Part shown: piece after piece, positions 28,020 to 36,776 of the stretch
Position numbering within the stretch: the first letter of the stretch is position 1
Layout of the letters: each line of letters starts with the position of its first letter
DNA from: a virus
Taxonomy: Duplodnaviria; Heunggongvirae; Uroviricota; Caudoviricetes
IMG/VR virus record: IMGVR_UViG_2737471842_000006
Span: 1 to 36,776 of that record
Direction: 5' to 3' (one strand)
Length of the DNA: 36,776 bases
The notes under the pieces: model-generated
The model's input: the letters and a program-made list of their open reading frames with translations, nothing else
Databases searched by the model: none
Told to the model about the DNA's origin: nothing
Made by a program: the position numbers and the translations under genes

Positions 28020-29426
28020 ATGGCTACTTGGCAAGGATCAAATGGCGGATTGTTGGCTGGTATCGGCGGCGTCAACTCAAACGCTCCGAGCGTAAATGAC
28101 ATCGGCAATACGCTTCAGCTTATCAGGCAGAACAATGATATTGAGCGTTCAGGCGCTAACAATGTTGGGCTGACTGCTTTGCAAGGCCTTTCAGGTATTG
28201 CAGGGGTGTTTCAGCAGGAAAAGCAGGCTCAGCGGCAGAAAGAATTTCAGCAGGCGTACGCTAATGCTTATGCGTCTGGTGATCGCGGTGCTTTGCGTCA
28301 GTTGGCTACTCAATATCCAGACCAGATTGAATCCGTTCGTAAAGGAATGGGATTCATTGATGAAGACCAGCGTAATTCTATCGGCACCTTAGCGGCTGGC
28401 GCACGCCTTGCGTCATCGTCTCCAGAAGCAATGCAATCATGGCTGCAAAACAACGCCAAGGAACTGACTCGCGTCGGTGTTGACCCTAACAGCGTTGCTC
28501 AGATGTATCAGCAGAATCCTTCAGGATTTGGTGAGTTTGTTGATCACCTTGGGATGGCTGCGCTTGGTCCGATTGATTACTTCAATGTTCAGGACAAGAT
28601 GGCTGGTCGTGAAATTGACCGAGGCAAACTTGCAGAGACAATCCGCAGCAATCAGGCTGGAGAAGCACTTCAGGCGAGAGGGCAAAACCTTTCCTATCAG
28701 TCAGCAATGACTGGACACAATATCGCAGCACAACGCTTGGCTCTGGATCAGCAAGAGTTCGGGTTTAAGATGCAGCAAGCACAGGAAAAGGCTCAGCAGT
28801 TGATTAGCGAAGCACCTAAGCTGTCAGTAAACATGGAAAAAGGCATCGAGACGGCTGTAAACAATGCTACAGCATCATCAAACTCAGCCAATTCCATGAG
28901 TGCGCTTGCTCAACAGTTCAGAGCAGAAAAACCAACGACAGGTTTGTTCGGTAACGCACAGAACATGTTCGCAAAACTTACCGGAAGCGATACAACATTG
29001 CGTGATTTGCGCATCCGCCAAAATGCCCTTGTTAACAGTCAGGTTCTTAAATTCCTACCTCCCGGCCCCGCAACGGATAAAGACGTTGAGATCGTTCGGC
29101 AGGGTGCACCAACTGACATGGATAACCCTGAGACGGTCGCAAGATGGCTTGATGCGATGGCAAACCTTGAGCGACGAAACGCGCAGTTTAATGAGTTTAA
29201 AGCCGAGTGGATGAGCGCGAATGGCAATCCAGGACAATCGCGTAATGGCGGTCAGATATTGGGGTTGGATGTTAAAAAAGGTGAATCATTGGGGAGTGCC
29301 GTTAAGCGGTATATGTCAATGAATACTGACGCAGCGCCAGCACAAGATTCGACACCTTCAGGAGAACCACGGAATCAGGTTGGATCATATACCTCAAAAT
29401 CAGGCATTCAATTTACGGTGGAATGA
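28020..29426 (+). CDS. 20: ejection protein gp20
   Basis: 468-aa ORF in conserved position between gp7 and gp16. Confidence 0.75.
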   Translation: MATWQGSNGGLLAGIGGVNSNAPSVNDIGNTLQLIRQNNDIERSGANNVGLTALQGLSGIAGVFQQEKQAQRQKEFQQAYANAYASGDRGALRQLATQYPDQIESVRKGMGFIDEDQRNSIGTLAAGARLASSSPEAMQSWLQNNAKELTRVGVDPNSVAQMYQQNPSGFGEFVDHLGMAALGPIDYFNVQDKMAGREIDRGKLAETIRSNQAGEALQARGQNLSYQSAMTGHNIAAQRLALDQQEFGFKMQQAQEKAQQLISEAPKLSVNMEKGIETAVNNATASSNSANSMSALAQQFRAEKPTTGLFGNAQNMFAKLTGSDTTLRDLRIRQNALVNSQVLKFLPPGPATDKDVEIVRQGAPTDMDNPETVARWLDAMANLERRNAQFNEFKAEWMSANGNPGQSRNGGQILGLDVKKGESLGSAVKRYMSMNTDAAPAQDSTPSGEPRNQVGSYTSKSGIQFTVE

Positions 29427-31264
29427 TGAAAGTAACTGCAAACGGTAAGACATTTACCTTTCCTGATGGTACGAGCACCGAAGATATTGGCACCGCCATT
29501 GATGAGTATTTTGCTGGTCAGGCTGTTCAGCAACAAACAGTTAATCAGGCCAATAATGCACCAACACGGGAAGAACCATCATTGATGCAACAAGCTGGTG
29601 ATTGGCTCACAGGTGGTCAAAGTGCAGGGCAAATTGCAGAACAGGCTGGTCGTGGTCTGGTAAACATACCATTTGACGTATTGCAGGGTGGCGCAAGTCT
29701 GATTAATGCAATCAGCCAGGGGCTTGGCGGCCCCAAGGTTTTGGATGATGTTTATCGCCCTGTCGAGCGACCGACAGACCCTTATGCGCAAGCTGGAGAA
29801 ACAATTGGCGGGTATTTAGTTCCAGGAGTTGGAACGGCAGGAAGCATGGCTATTGGATCACTGGCAGAGGCCGCAAATCAGAAAGGCGATTTCGCACAAA
29901 ATGCAGCTAAAAATGCCGGAGTTAACCTTGCCGCTCAGGGTGTTCTTTCCGCAGCAGCAAAGGGAATAGGGCGTGGAATAACGGCTATAAAAGGTGATAT
30001 TGCGCCAGAAGTGGCGAAGAAAATTGCCACATCAGAATCGATGGGCGTGACACCAATGACATCTGATGTTATCCCGCCGAAAAATGCTTTCACTCGCGGA
30101 CTTACTCAGGATGCTGAGGGGGCTTTGCTCGGGACAGGCTCAAAGCGAGCTGAGCAATATGCAACGCGTAGTAAGCTGGTAAGCAATTATTTTGACCGTT
30201 TTGGTGAGTACAACCCTGATGATGTGGTGAAATCTCTTACCACCACGTTAAGGGGGCGGAAGGATGCCGCTGGCGCTGTTATCAATGACGTCACCAATAA
30301 AATGGGTAATGCCGCAGTTGATACCACAAATACCATGAATGCTCTGAATACAGCGATCGCAAGACAGGAACGGCTTGGGACGTCTGCCAATCAAAGCCTG
30401 CTTACATCCTTGCGTAACCTGCGTGAAGAATTAGCAAACCCTGCAACTGATTTGGATGTTACGTTTGATCTCTTGCGTCAGCACAGAACAGCATTTAGAT
30501 CTAATGTTCAGGGAGATGCTATGGTCTTCCCCAACCAGGCAAAAGCAGCTACCAATATGGTAGAGAATGCAATGTCAAAAGACCTTCGTAACGCAGTTGC
30601 AAAAAACCTCGGTGCGTCAGACGCAGCAAAATACCTTAAAGCAAATTCCGATTATGCAAACGTTTATAATAAGGTGCTTAATAAAAACATTGCTAACAAG
30701 CTCAACAAGGCAAGCAGTGAAGCCAGTCCTGAACTTATAAATACTGTTGTATTAAGCAGAAAACCATCTGACGTGAAACGAATCTGGAGCGCATTGGATG
30801 ATAAAGGGAAAGATGCTATGCGTGCAGCTTACGTCAGCAAAATAGCGGAAAAGGCCGGGGACTCTCCAGCCAAGTTCATCACTGAAGTTAATAAGCTGAA
30901 ATCTCAGTCAGGCGGTGAAATTTACAACACTATTTTTTCTGGAAAGCACATGAAAGAGCTTGATGCTCTTCATGAAGTTCTACAGCAAACAGCAAGGTCA
31001 GACACCGCAAATGTAGTAACTCAGACGGGGCAATCGCAAGCCAACAGGATAAGGACGATTGGCGCAACTGCGACCCTTGGCGTATCAATGGGGCTTGAGG
31101 CTGGTTTTGGTGCAATGATGCGCTTGTATGAGTCCAAAGCAGCAAGGAATGCTCTCTTACGTCTGGCAAACACTAAAGCTGGAACGCCAGCCTATGAAAG
31201 AGCGTTGAGTAACGCTGCAAATGCCATCAGGCCGCTGCTTGCTACTGAGGCAACACAGCAGTAA
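29423..31264 (+). CDS. 16: ejection protein gp16
   Basis: 613-aa ORF in conserved position; last gene of the ejection-protein trio. Confidence 0.75.
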   Translation: MMKVTANGKTFTFPDGTSTEDIGTAIDEYFAGQAVQQQTVNQANNAPTREEPSLMQQAGDWLTGGQSAGQIAEQAGRGLVNIPFDVLQGGASLINAISQGLGGPKVLDDVYRPVERPTDPYAQAGETIGGYLVPGVGTAGSMAIGSLAEAANQKGDFAQNAAKNAGVNLAAQGVLSAAAKGIGRGITAIKGDIAPEVAKKIATSESMGVTPMTSDVIPPKNAFTRGLTQDAEGALLGTGSKRAEQYATRSKLVSNYFDRFGEYNPDDVVKSLTTTLRGRKDAAGAVINDVTNKMGNAAVDTTNTMNALNTAIARQERLGTSANQSLLTSLRNLREELANPATDLDVTFDLLRQHRTAFRSNVQGDAMVFPNQAKAATNMVENAMSKDLRNAVAKNLGASDAAKYLKANSDYANVYNKVLNKNIANKLNKASSEASPELINTVVLSRKPSDVKRIWSALDDKGKDAMRAAYVSKIAEKAGDSPAKFITEVNKLKSQSGGEIYNTIFSGKHMKELDALHEVLQQTARSDTANVVTQTGQSQANRIRTIGATATLGVSMGLEAGFGAMMRLYESKAARNALLRLANTKAGTPAYERALSNAANAIRPLLATEATQQ

Positions 31265-31288
31265 CGTATGGGAAATTGGATTCAATCG

Positions 31289-31678
31289 CTAACATTTTCT
31301 TTTTACTTTTCCAACAAAAGCTTTGGTTGAATCCATATTTCCATAACCGGAAATGGTTTTTGACATTAAAACTGTTCCAGTAGGATGTATTACCCATGAG
31401 TCGATAACGCGTTGAGTTTCGCCATTCGCGCCGATTCCTATGATGGAGTTTTTAGACAATGCTTTGTAAGCCATGCCGCCCGCATCTGTCCCAGAATATG
31501 TGATGCTGGCATCTTCACCGTTTGTCTTAATGATGAATGTTCCACTAAAACCATCTTCTTCCGGATGGAAATTATTTCGTTCTGAATAGCTTATTCCGCG
31601 CATATCTCCAACGACCCAGCACTCTGCTGTAGCCCCAAAAGATATGAATAAGAACATAGCAGTAAGAAATTGCTTCAC
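31289..31678 (-). CDS. exported small protein (signal peptide, two Cys), function unknown
   Basis: MKQFLTAMFLFISFGATA-ECW...: cleavable signal peptide, mature about 111 aa with Cys at both ends; AT-rich; convergent with gp16. Confidence 0.55.
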   Translation of the reverse strand: MKQFLTAMFLFISFGATAECWVVGDMRGISYSERNNFHPEEDGFSGTFIIKTNGEDASITYSGTDAGGMAYKALSKNSIIGIGANGETQRVIDSWVIHPTGTVLMSKTISGYGNMDSTKAFVGKVKRKC

Positions 31679-31795
31679 GACAACCTCCTTAGTTTTGAGC
31701 AGGATACCATGAAAAAAGTAAACATCTTTTGCCTACTTCACATTTGAATGGTTTGTCATTAGGATGTTTCCGGTTTTTTAAATATGGAAATTGAT

Positions 31796-32215
31796 ATGAA
31801 GAGGATTATTGGCGTCGTTGCTGGCGCTATATTGTTATCTGGGTGCGCAACTATTGTTGGTGACGAAACGCAGCTTGTGCAAGTGAACAGCAATCCTTCC
31901 GGTGCGAGCTTTAAGGTAAAAGACGAATCAGGCGTGATTGTTGCGCAAGGTAAGACCCCGCAAGGAGTAACTCTTGCCAAGTCAGATGGTAGTTATTTTG
32001 GCAAAAAGAGCTACCAGATCACTATGGAAAAGGATGGGTACGAACCAGTTACCCTGCCAATCAAAGCCAATGCTAATGGCTGGTATATTGGTGGAAACCT
32101 TGTGTTTGGTGGGTTAATTGGTTGGCTTGCTGTAGATCCTTTTAATGGTGGGATGTATACCTTCAAGCCAAAAGAGGCAAACGCATCTCTTATGCCATCA
32201 ACAAAGCAAGACTAA
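31796..32215 (+). CDS. lipoprotein with PEGA-like domain and Gly-rich C-terminal hydrophobic segment; alternative start 31784
   Basis: MKRIIGVVAGAILLSGC lipobox; NPSGASFKV...GKTPQGVTL...DGYEPVTLPI resembles PEGA motifs; C-terminal GGNLVFGGLIGWLAV. Confidence 0.55.
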   Translation: MKRIIGVVAGAILLSGCATIVGDETQLVQVNSNPSGASFKVKDESGVIVAQGKTPQGVTLAKSDGSYFGKKSYQITMEKDGYEPVTLPIKANANGWYIGGNLVFGGLIGWLAVDPFNGGMYTFKPKEANASLMPSTKQD

Positions 32216-32223
32216 TAAATAGG

Positions 32224-32247
32224 ACCCACCTTCAGGTGGGTTTTTTG
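32224..32247 (+). terminator. rho-independent terminator after the lipoprotein gene, overlapping the mnt 3' end
   Basis: Stem ACCCACC/GGTGGGT with loop TTCA followed by TTTTTTG. Confidence 0.5.
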
Positions 32248-32483
32248 TACAAATCCTTCAGCGTATCAAACACCATCTTCTTAACAAGCTCTGACTGCTC
32301 ATCAGCGAGTCGTTCTGCATCGTCGCGATATCCAGTCACAGGCGATGGTTTTGATAGAGCATCTTGGACGATTTGTAACAACTCGGAGTTCATTGATCTC
32401 CCATTCGCCTCCGCCCTGAATTTTAATTTCTCCCTTACTTCCATAGGCATACGGAAGTTAAAGTGCGGATCATCTCTAGCCAT
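32232..32483 (-). CDS. mnt: Mnt repressor (immI)
   Basis: 83-aa MARDDPHFNFRMPMEVREKLKFRAEANGRSMNSELLQIVQDAL... matches remembered P22 Mnt. Confidence 0.85.
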   Translation of the reverse strand: MARDDPHFNFRMPMEVREKLKFRAEANGRSMNSELLQIVQDALSKPSPVTGYRDDAERLADEQSELVKKMVFDTLKDLYKKPT

Positions 32484-32505
32484 GCCATCACTCCAAGTTA
32501 GTGTA

Positions 32506-32559
32506 TTGACATGATAGAAGCACTCTACTATATTCTCAATAGGTCCACGGTGGACCTAT
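32506..32559. promoter_or_regulatory. Pant promoter with Arc operator and Mnt operator
   Basis: -35 TTGACA 32506-32511, -10 TATATT 32529-32534; Arc operator ATGATAGAAGCACTCTACTAT between them; perfect palindrome ATAGGTCCACGGTGGACCTAT (Mnt operator) at 32539-32559. Confidence 0.6.
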
Positions 32560-32573
32560 ATTGTGAGGTGAAT

Positions 32574-32735
32574 ATGAAAGGAATGAGCAAGATGCCGCAG
32601 TTCAATTTGCGGTGGCCTAAAGAAGTATTGGATTTGGTCCGCAAGGTGGCGGAAGAGAATGGCAGGTCTGTTAACTCTGAGATTTATCAGAGAGTAATGG
32701 AAAGCTTTAAGAAGGAAGGGCGCATTGGCGCGTAA
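32574..32735 (+). CDS. arc: Arc repressor (immI)
   Basis: [53 protein letters not shown], 53 aa, matches remembered P22 Arc. Confidence 0.85.
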   Translation: MKGMSKMPQFNLRWPKEVLDLVRKVAEENGRSVNSEIYQRVMESFKKEGRIGA

Positions 32736-32737
32736 AG

Positions 32738-32810
32738 TTGAAGCCCCAACTGCGGGAACAGTCAGGGCTTCGGTTGTCAGTAAATCCGTGGAGAAAAACC
32801 AACATGAATA
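32738..32810 (-). ncRNA. sar: possible sar antisense RNA across the arc-ant junction and ant ribosome-binding site
   Basis: Established P22 biology places a small antisense RNA here; the interval contains hairpin GAAGCCC...GGGCTTC; boundaries are approximate. Confidence 0.3.
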
Positions 32811-33706
32811 GTATAGCAATTTTAGAAGCAGTGAACACCTCTTACGTACCATTCAACGGTCAGCAAATTATCACCGCCATGGCTGCCGGAGTTGCATACG
32901 TTGCGATGAAGCCAATCGTTGAAAACCTTGGAATGAGTTGGGGTACTCAGCAACAAAAACTTATGAAACAACTAGATAAGTTCAACTGTATTCATATGAA
33001 TATGGTTGCCGCTGATGGGAAGCTTCGTAAGCTACTCTGCCTTCCTTTGAAGAAGTTAAATGGATGGCTGTTCAGCATCAACCCTGAGAAAGTTCGTGCT
33101 GACATCCGCGATAAACTGATTCAGTACCAGGAAGAATGCTTTACTGTGCTGCATGACTACTGGACGAAGGGAAAGGCAGAAAATGCACGTAAGAAAACAT
33201 CTGTTGATGACAGGACTCCGCTTCGTGATGCTGTAAATATGCTAGTCAGCAAAAAGCATCTAATGTACCCAGAAGCTTATGCAATGATTCATCAGCGTTT
33301 CAACGTGGAAAGTATTGAAGAGCTTGATTCATCTCAGATACCGCAAGCAGTAGAGTACATCCACAGGGTAGTGCTTGAAGGCGAGTTCATCGGCAAACAA
33401 GAGAAGAAAACCAACGAGATTTCTGCAAAAGAAGCAAACAGCCTTGTATGGTTATGGGATTATGCCAACCGTTCACAGGCATTATTCCGTGAACTGTATC
33501 CGGCATTAAAACAAATTCAATCGAACTATTCCGGCAGATGCTACGACTATGGTCATGAGTTCTCGTATGTTATCGGAATGGCGAGAGACGTTTTAATCAA
33601 TCACACACGAGATGTTGATATCAATGAGCCAGACGGACCAACTAATCTTTCCGCATGGATGAGACTTAAGAATAAAGAATTGCCTCCTTCAGTACATAAC
33701 TACTGA
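32804..33706 (+). CDS. ant: Ant antirepressor
   Basis: 300 aa from [47 protein letters not shown], matching remembered P22 Ant. Confidence 0.85.
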   Translation: MNSIAILEAVNTSYVPFNGQQIITAMAAGVAYVAMKPIVENLGMSWGTQQQKLMKQLDKFNCIHMNMVAADGKLRKLLCLPLKKLNGWLFSINPEKVRADIRDKLIQYQEECFTVLHDYWTKGKAENARKKTSVDDRTPLRDAVNMLVSKKHLMYPEAYAMIHQRFNVESIEELDSSQIPQAVEYIHRVVLEGEFIGKQEKKTNEISAKEANSLVWLWDYANRSQALFRELYPALKQIQSNYSGRCYDYGHEFSYVIGMARDVLINHTRDVDINEPDGPTNLSAWMRLKNKELPPSVHNY

Positions 33707-33723
33707 CAGATAACCAACGCAAC

Positions 33724-33748
33724 GACCCAGCTTCGGCTGGGTTTTTTT
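33724..33748 (+). terminator. rho-independent terminator after ant
   Basis: Stem CCCAGC/GCTGGG with loop TTCG followed by seven T. Confidence 0.55.
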
Positions 33749-33806
33749 ATGCCCAAAATTCACCGTAGCCATGCTGCGGCGATTCCTTGTATCTGGAGCA
33801 AATTAA

Positions 33807-35627
33807 ATGACAGATATCACCGCAAATGTTGTGGTAAGCATGCCTTCGCAACTCTTCACTATGGCTCGTTCTTTTAAAGCGGTTGCCAATGGCAAAATTT
33901 ATATCGGAAAAATTGACACTGACCCGGTAAATCCTGAAAACCAGATTCAGGTTTATGTAGAGAATGAAGACGGTTCTCACGTTCCTGTTGCACAGCCAAT
34001 CATCATTAACGCTGGCGGGTATCCTGTATATAACGGACAGATTGCCAAGTTCGTAACTGTGCAAGGCCATTCTATGGCTGTTTATGATGCGTACGGTGTG
34101 CAGCAGTTCTATTTTCCGAATGTGCTGAAGTATGACCCTGACCAACTTAGGCAGGATCTTGCAGGACCAGATGGATATTATCTTATCCCATCTCTTATAC
34201 AGAAATGGAAAGATGATGGTGATTTACGTGGTTGGGGAATAGGAGAAGATGCATTTAACGCAGCTATGACTGAGATATCAGAAAGTGGCGGCGGCGTTCT
34301 TTATGTGAATGAAGACATCATTTTTAGTACAATTCCTATCATGCATAAGCCTGGGGTTACTGTTTACTGGAATAATCATCGTGCAATTGTTCCTGCCGGT
34401 TTGAGTTCAACATATGCGTATATAATGGATGGTGGTGCCGACACGCCTGTATACGATAATACCGATCATTTCACGCTAGCTAACAAGACGAATTGTTATA
34501 ATCTGCATCTTGAGGCATCTGACTATACTGTCGGTGTGAATGCTATTGGTGTATGCGTTAGGCATTGCTACGGATATACGTATGAAGGAGGGGCAATTAT
34601 TGGTTTCAATAATGGTGGTTATTACGATGAATTATGCTATGAAGGTAAAGTTAGTAAATTTACTATGGTTGTGTCCAACTCTAGAGCGGAACAATCAATA
34701 GGATTAAACAGTAATACTACGGATACTTGGTATTCGGAAATTTCCCCTGTTGGTTACGCATATGGCGGTAAAATGAATAGGAGTGGTAATAGCTTAGATA
34801 AGTTTCATCCTTGGGGGAATACTATCGATGATCGTGTTGGCTTAATGGGTAAAATGCATGTGGGATTGTGGGTTACTGAAAACGGAGGCTTTTCTACCTA
34901 CACCAATCTAATTTTGGACACTCCAGTAAGAAGAGATTCTAGTTCAGGTCCATCTAGAACTAATGGTGGTGTGGGTTTGATAAATGATGCGTGGGATACC
35001 AGTTTTGACGGTGTAATCGTCTCATGCTCTAAGCATGATATGGTGGCAAAAAGCACCCTACCAGTAATAACCTCATCACAAGGTGTAACCTATAAAGATC
35101 TTTCAGTTAGTAATCCTGAATACGCAACTGACATATGGGTATCATTTGAAAATAATTCTGGAATAGCTTTAAATCATATTATTGGATATGGATATGCACA
35201 ATTGATGCGTAATGGCGCTGGCATAAGCTCAACATCAGGAGCTGCTTTCGCTCCTGCAAATGGAGTTACCATTTCATTACAGACACTATCTTCTGGAATT
35301 TGGTATAACACATTAAACTTTTCCATCAGGACAACAATAACAGCCACATCATCTGCATCAAGCGATGTAATTGTTAATATTGCTCCTATGTATGGAGTGA
35401 GAAATGGATTTGGAGGGGCAGTTAAGGGAGGGCTAGATGCTTTCTTTTATGCAACCGCAAATACAGCAAAACAACTATATGATGTTTATGTTGAAGTAAC
35501 CTCTGCTAACACCGCCAAGTTTTTATTAACATTCATTGACGGAACAACAAGATATGCTAGATGGACAGATGTATCTAACGGATCTGCAAGGGCTATTTCT
35601 GTATCATGTAATATAGAGGTTAAATAA
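33807..35627 (+). CDS. tailspike protein: P22/Sf6-type N-terminal head-binding domain fused to a divergent receptor-binding domain
   Basis: First about 110 aa ([46 protein letters not shown]...VLKYDPDQ) are the conserved head-binding domain; the rest does not match P22 gp9 as I remember it and is visibly more AT-rich. Confidence 0.85.
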   Translation: MTDITANVVVSMPSQLFTMARSFKAVANGKIYIGKIDTDPVNPENQIQVYVENEDGSHVPVAQPIIINAGGYPVYNGQIAKFVTVQGHSMAVYDAYGVQQFYFPNVLKYDPDQLRQDLAGPDGYYLIPSLIQKWKDDGDLRGWGIGEDAFNAAMTEISESGGGVLYVNEDIIFSTIPIMHKPGVTVYWNNHRAIVPAGLSSTYAYIMDGGADTPVYDNTDHFTLANKTNCYNLHLEASDYTVGVNAIGVCVRHCYGYTYEGGAIIGFNNGGYYDELCYEGKVSKFTMVVSNSRAEQSIGLNSNTTDTWYSEISPVGYAYGGKMNRSGNSLDKFHPWGNTIDDRVGLMGKMHVGLWVTENGGFSTYTNLILDTPVRRDSSSGPSRTNGGVGLINDAWDTSFDGVIVSCSKHDMVAKSTLPVITSSQGVTYKDLSVSNPEYATDIWVSFENNSGIALNHIIGYGYAQLMRNGAGISSTSGAAFAPANGVTISLQTLSSGIWYNTLNFSIRTTITATSSASSDVIVNIAPMYGVRNGFGGAVKGGLDAFFYATANTAKQLYDVYVEVTSANTAKFLLTFIDGTTRYARWTDVSNGSARAISVSCNIEVK

Positions 35628-35631
35628 CAAT

Positions 35632-35660
35632 CTACAGCCACTATGTAAAAGTGGCTGTAG
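35632..35660. terminator. hairpin between convergent tailspike and acyltransferase genes
   Basis: Perfect 10-bp stem CTACAGCCAC/GTGGCTGTAG with 9-nt loop; T-rich only on the minus-strand side. Confidence 0.4.
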
Positions 35661-35669
35661 GGACTGTGA

Positions 35670-36776
35670 CTACTTGTTAAACCTGCACTCTATGTGTTTA
35701 TAAGTAAATGCAGATGCTAAGATCGTTATTGAAAGACAAATCACAGAGTATATTATTAACTGAGTTGTGTTTGTTTCAGACAGATTAACAAACTTAGAGG
35801 CTATTCTGTAAAATACATGCAGCACTGGTTGATGCAGTAAGTAAATGCTATAGCTAATTTCCCCTAAGAAAGCGATAGACGGAATGCTTAATAACCTTGG
35901 TTTTAGCACAACGCAAGACGCAAACATAAGTGATATCATGATAAATCGATAAAAGCTATATTGTTTTACATCGAAATAGAATGACATATAAAACAAAAAC
36001 GCAAAAACTATATATATAACTGCTCTAAGTGATGTTTTTTCTATGTTTATTTCTTTGATTTTTGCGCAAAGAGCCCCAGCTACAAAGTACGACCACAACA
36101 CTTTATCTTCATAGAAATCGTTGATCAATACAAAGCACCCAAAAGCAATTACCATGTACTTGAATTTTTTAGTATAGAGAGCAGTCGCTAAGAATGGGAT
36201 AGATGCATAAAACTTCCACTCATATGGGAGTGTCCACAATACTATATTTAAAGTAGCATCTCTATGTTCGCCCCAGTATAGCTCAGTTCCAAAAAAACCA
36301 AACCCAAATATTTTAAGTAATTGAGTGACAAATAAAGGAAGGTCTAATTTCCCTAACATCTGTGAAAAATATATTATAGATATTAAAGTAGCGGTAAATA
36401 GATATAATGGAACTAATCTCTTTATTCTTTTTGCGTAAAATGATGTAAAGTCTATTTTATTATTTGAAAGTATTTTTGAAGAGAACAGAAATCCAGTTAT
36501 GCAAAAAAATATCTGAACACCCAAGGCACCAGATTGGCTGAAAAGATAAAAGTTAGAGTAATCAATATTCTTAGTTTTTATCAACATATCACCAATGGCG
36601 TAAGCAGAGTGGTTGATGAAAACGGCGATACATGCAAAACCCCTGAGTCCTTCAATGTACTGAATTTTGCCCTGATCTGTAGACTTTCTAATGAAAATAG
36701 ATGTTGCCATTATTGGTACAGCAAGCATGACCAAATAGATGCAAAAGAAAGACAATGGGTAGTTATAAAGCGGCAT
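35670..36776 (-). CDS. integral-membrane acyltransferase (acyltransferase-3 / O-antigen acetylase family); start codon at the last three bases of the window
   Basis: 368-aa ORF, multi-pass hydrophobic, strongly AT-rich; resembles OafA/Oac-type O-acetyltransferases; sits where P22-like phages keep serotype-conversion genes. Confidence 0.7.
   Translation of the reverse strand: MPLYNYPLSFFCIYLVMLAVPIMATSIFIRKSTDQGKIQYIEGLRGFACIAVFINHSAYAIGDMLIKTKNIDYSNFYLFSQSGALGVQIFFCITGFLFSSKILSNNKIDFTSFYAKRIKRLVPLYLFTATLISIIYFSQMLGKLDLPLFVTQLLKIFGFGFFGTELYWGEHRDATLNIVLWTLPYEWKFYASIPFLATALYTKKFKYMVIAFGCFVLINDFYEDKVLWSYFVAGALCAKIKEINIEKTSLRAVIYIVFAFLFYMSFYFDVKQYSFYRFIMISLMFASCVVLKPRLLSIPSIAFLGEISYSIYLLHQPVLHVFYRIASKFVNLSETNTTQLIIYSVICLSITILASAFTYKHIECRFNK

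Overview
This window is almost a complete P22-like lambdoid (pro)phage genome in canonical order, with no rRNA, tRNA or CRISPR array found. All protein identities are from reading the six-frame translations against remembered P22/lambda/Sf6 proteins; nothing was searched or computed. Left arm, leftward from pL (minus strand): N-like antiterminator, kil, cIII-like, Erf, an Ea10-like SSB, a run of small unknown 'ea' genes and a partial Xis/AlpA-like gene at the edge, with a SieB-like gene on the opposite strand. Immunity region: P22-type c2 repressor, cro and c1 with recognisable OR/OL, nutL and nutR. Right arm: gene 18/O-like initiator with embedded origin iterons, DnaB-type helicase, nin region, gene 23/Q-like antiterminator, lysis cassette, P22-type terminase with pac, portal, scaffold, coat, tail and ejection genes, immI (mnt-arc-ant), a chimeric tailspike and a convergent AT-rich acyltransferase. 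int/attP are outside the window. The best candidate for an undescribed function is a divergently transcribed pair of exported proteins (31289-32215) in the slot where P22 carries sieA; second is an extra gene behind a terminator between coat and gene 4 (23663-24262).
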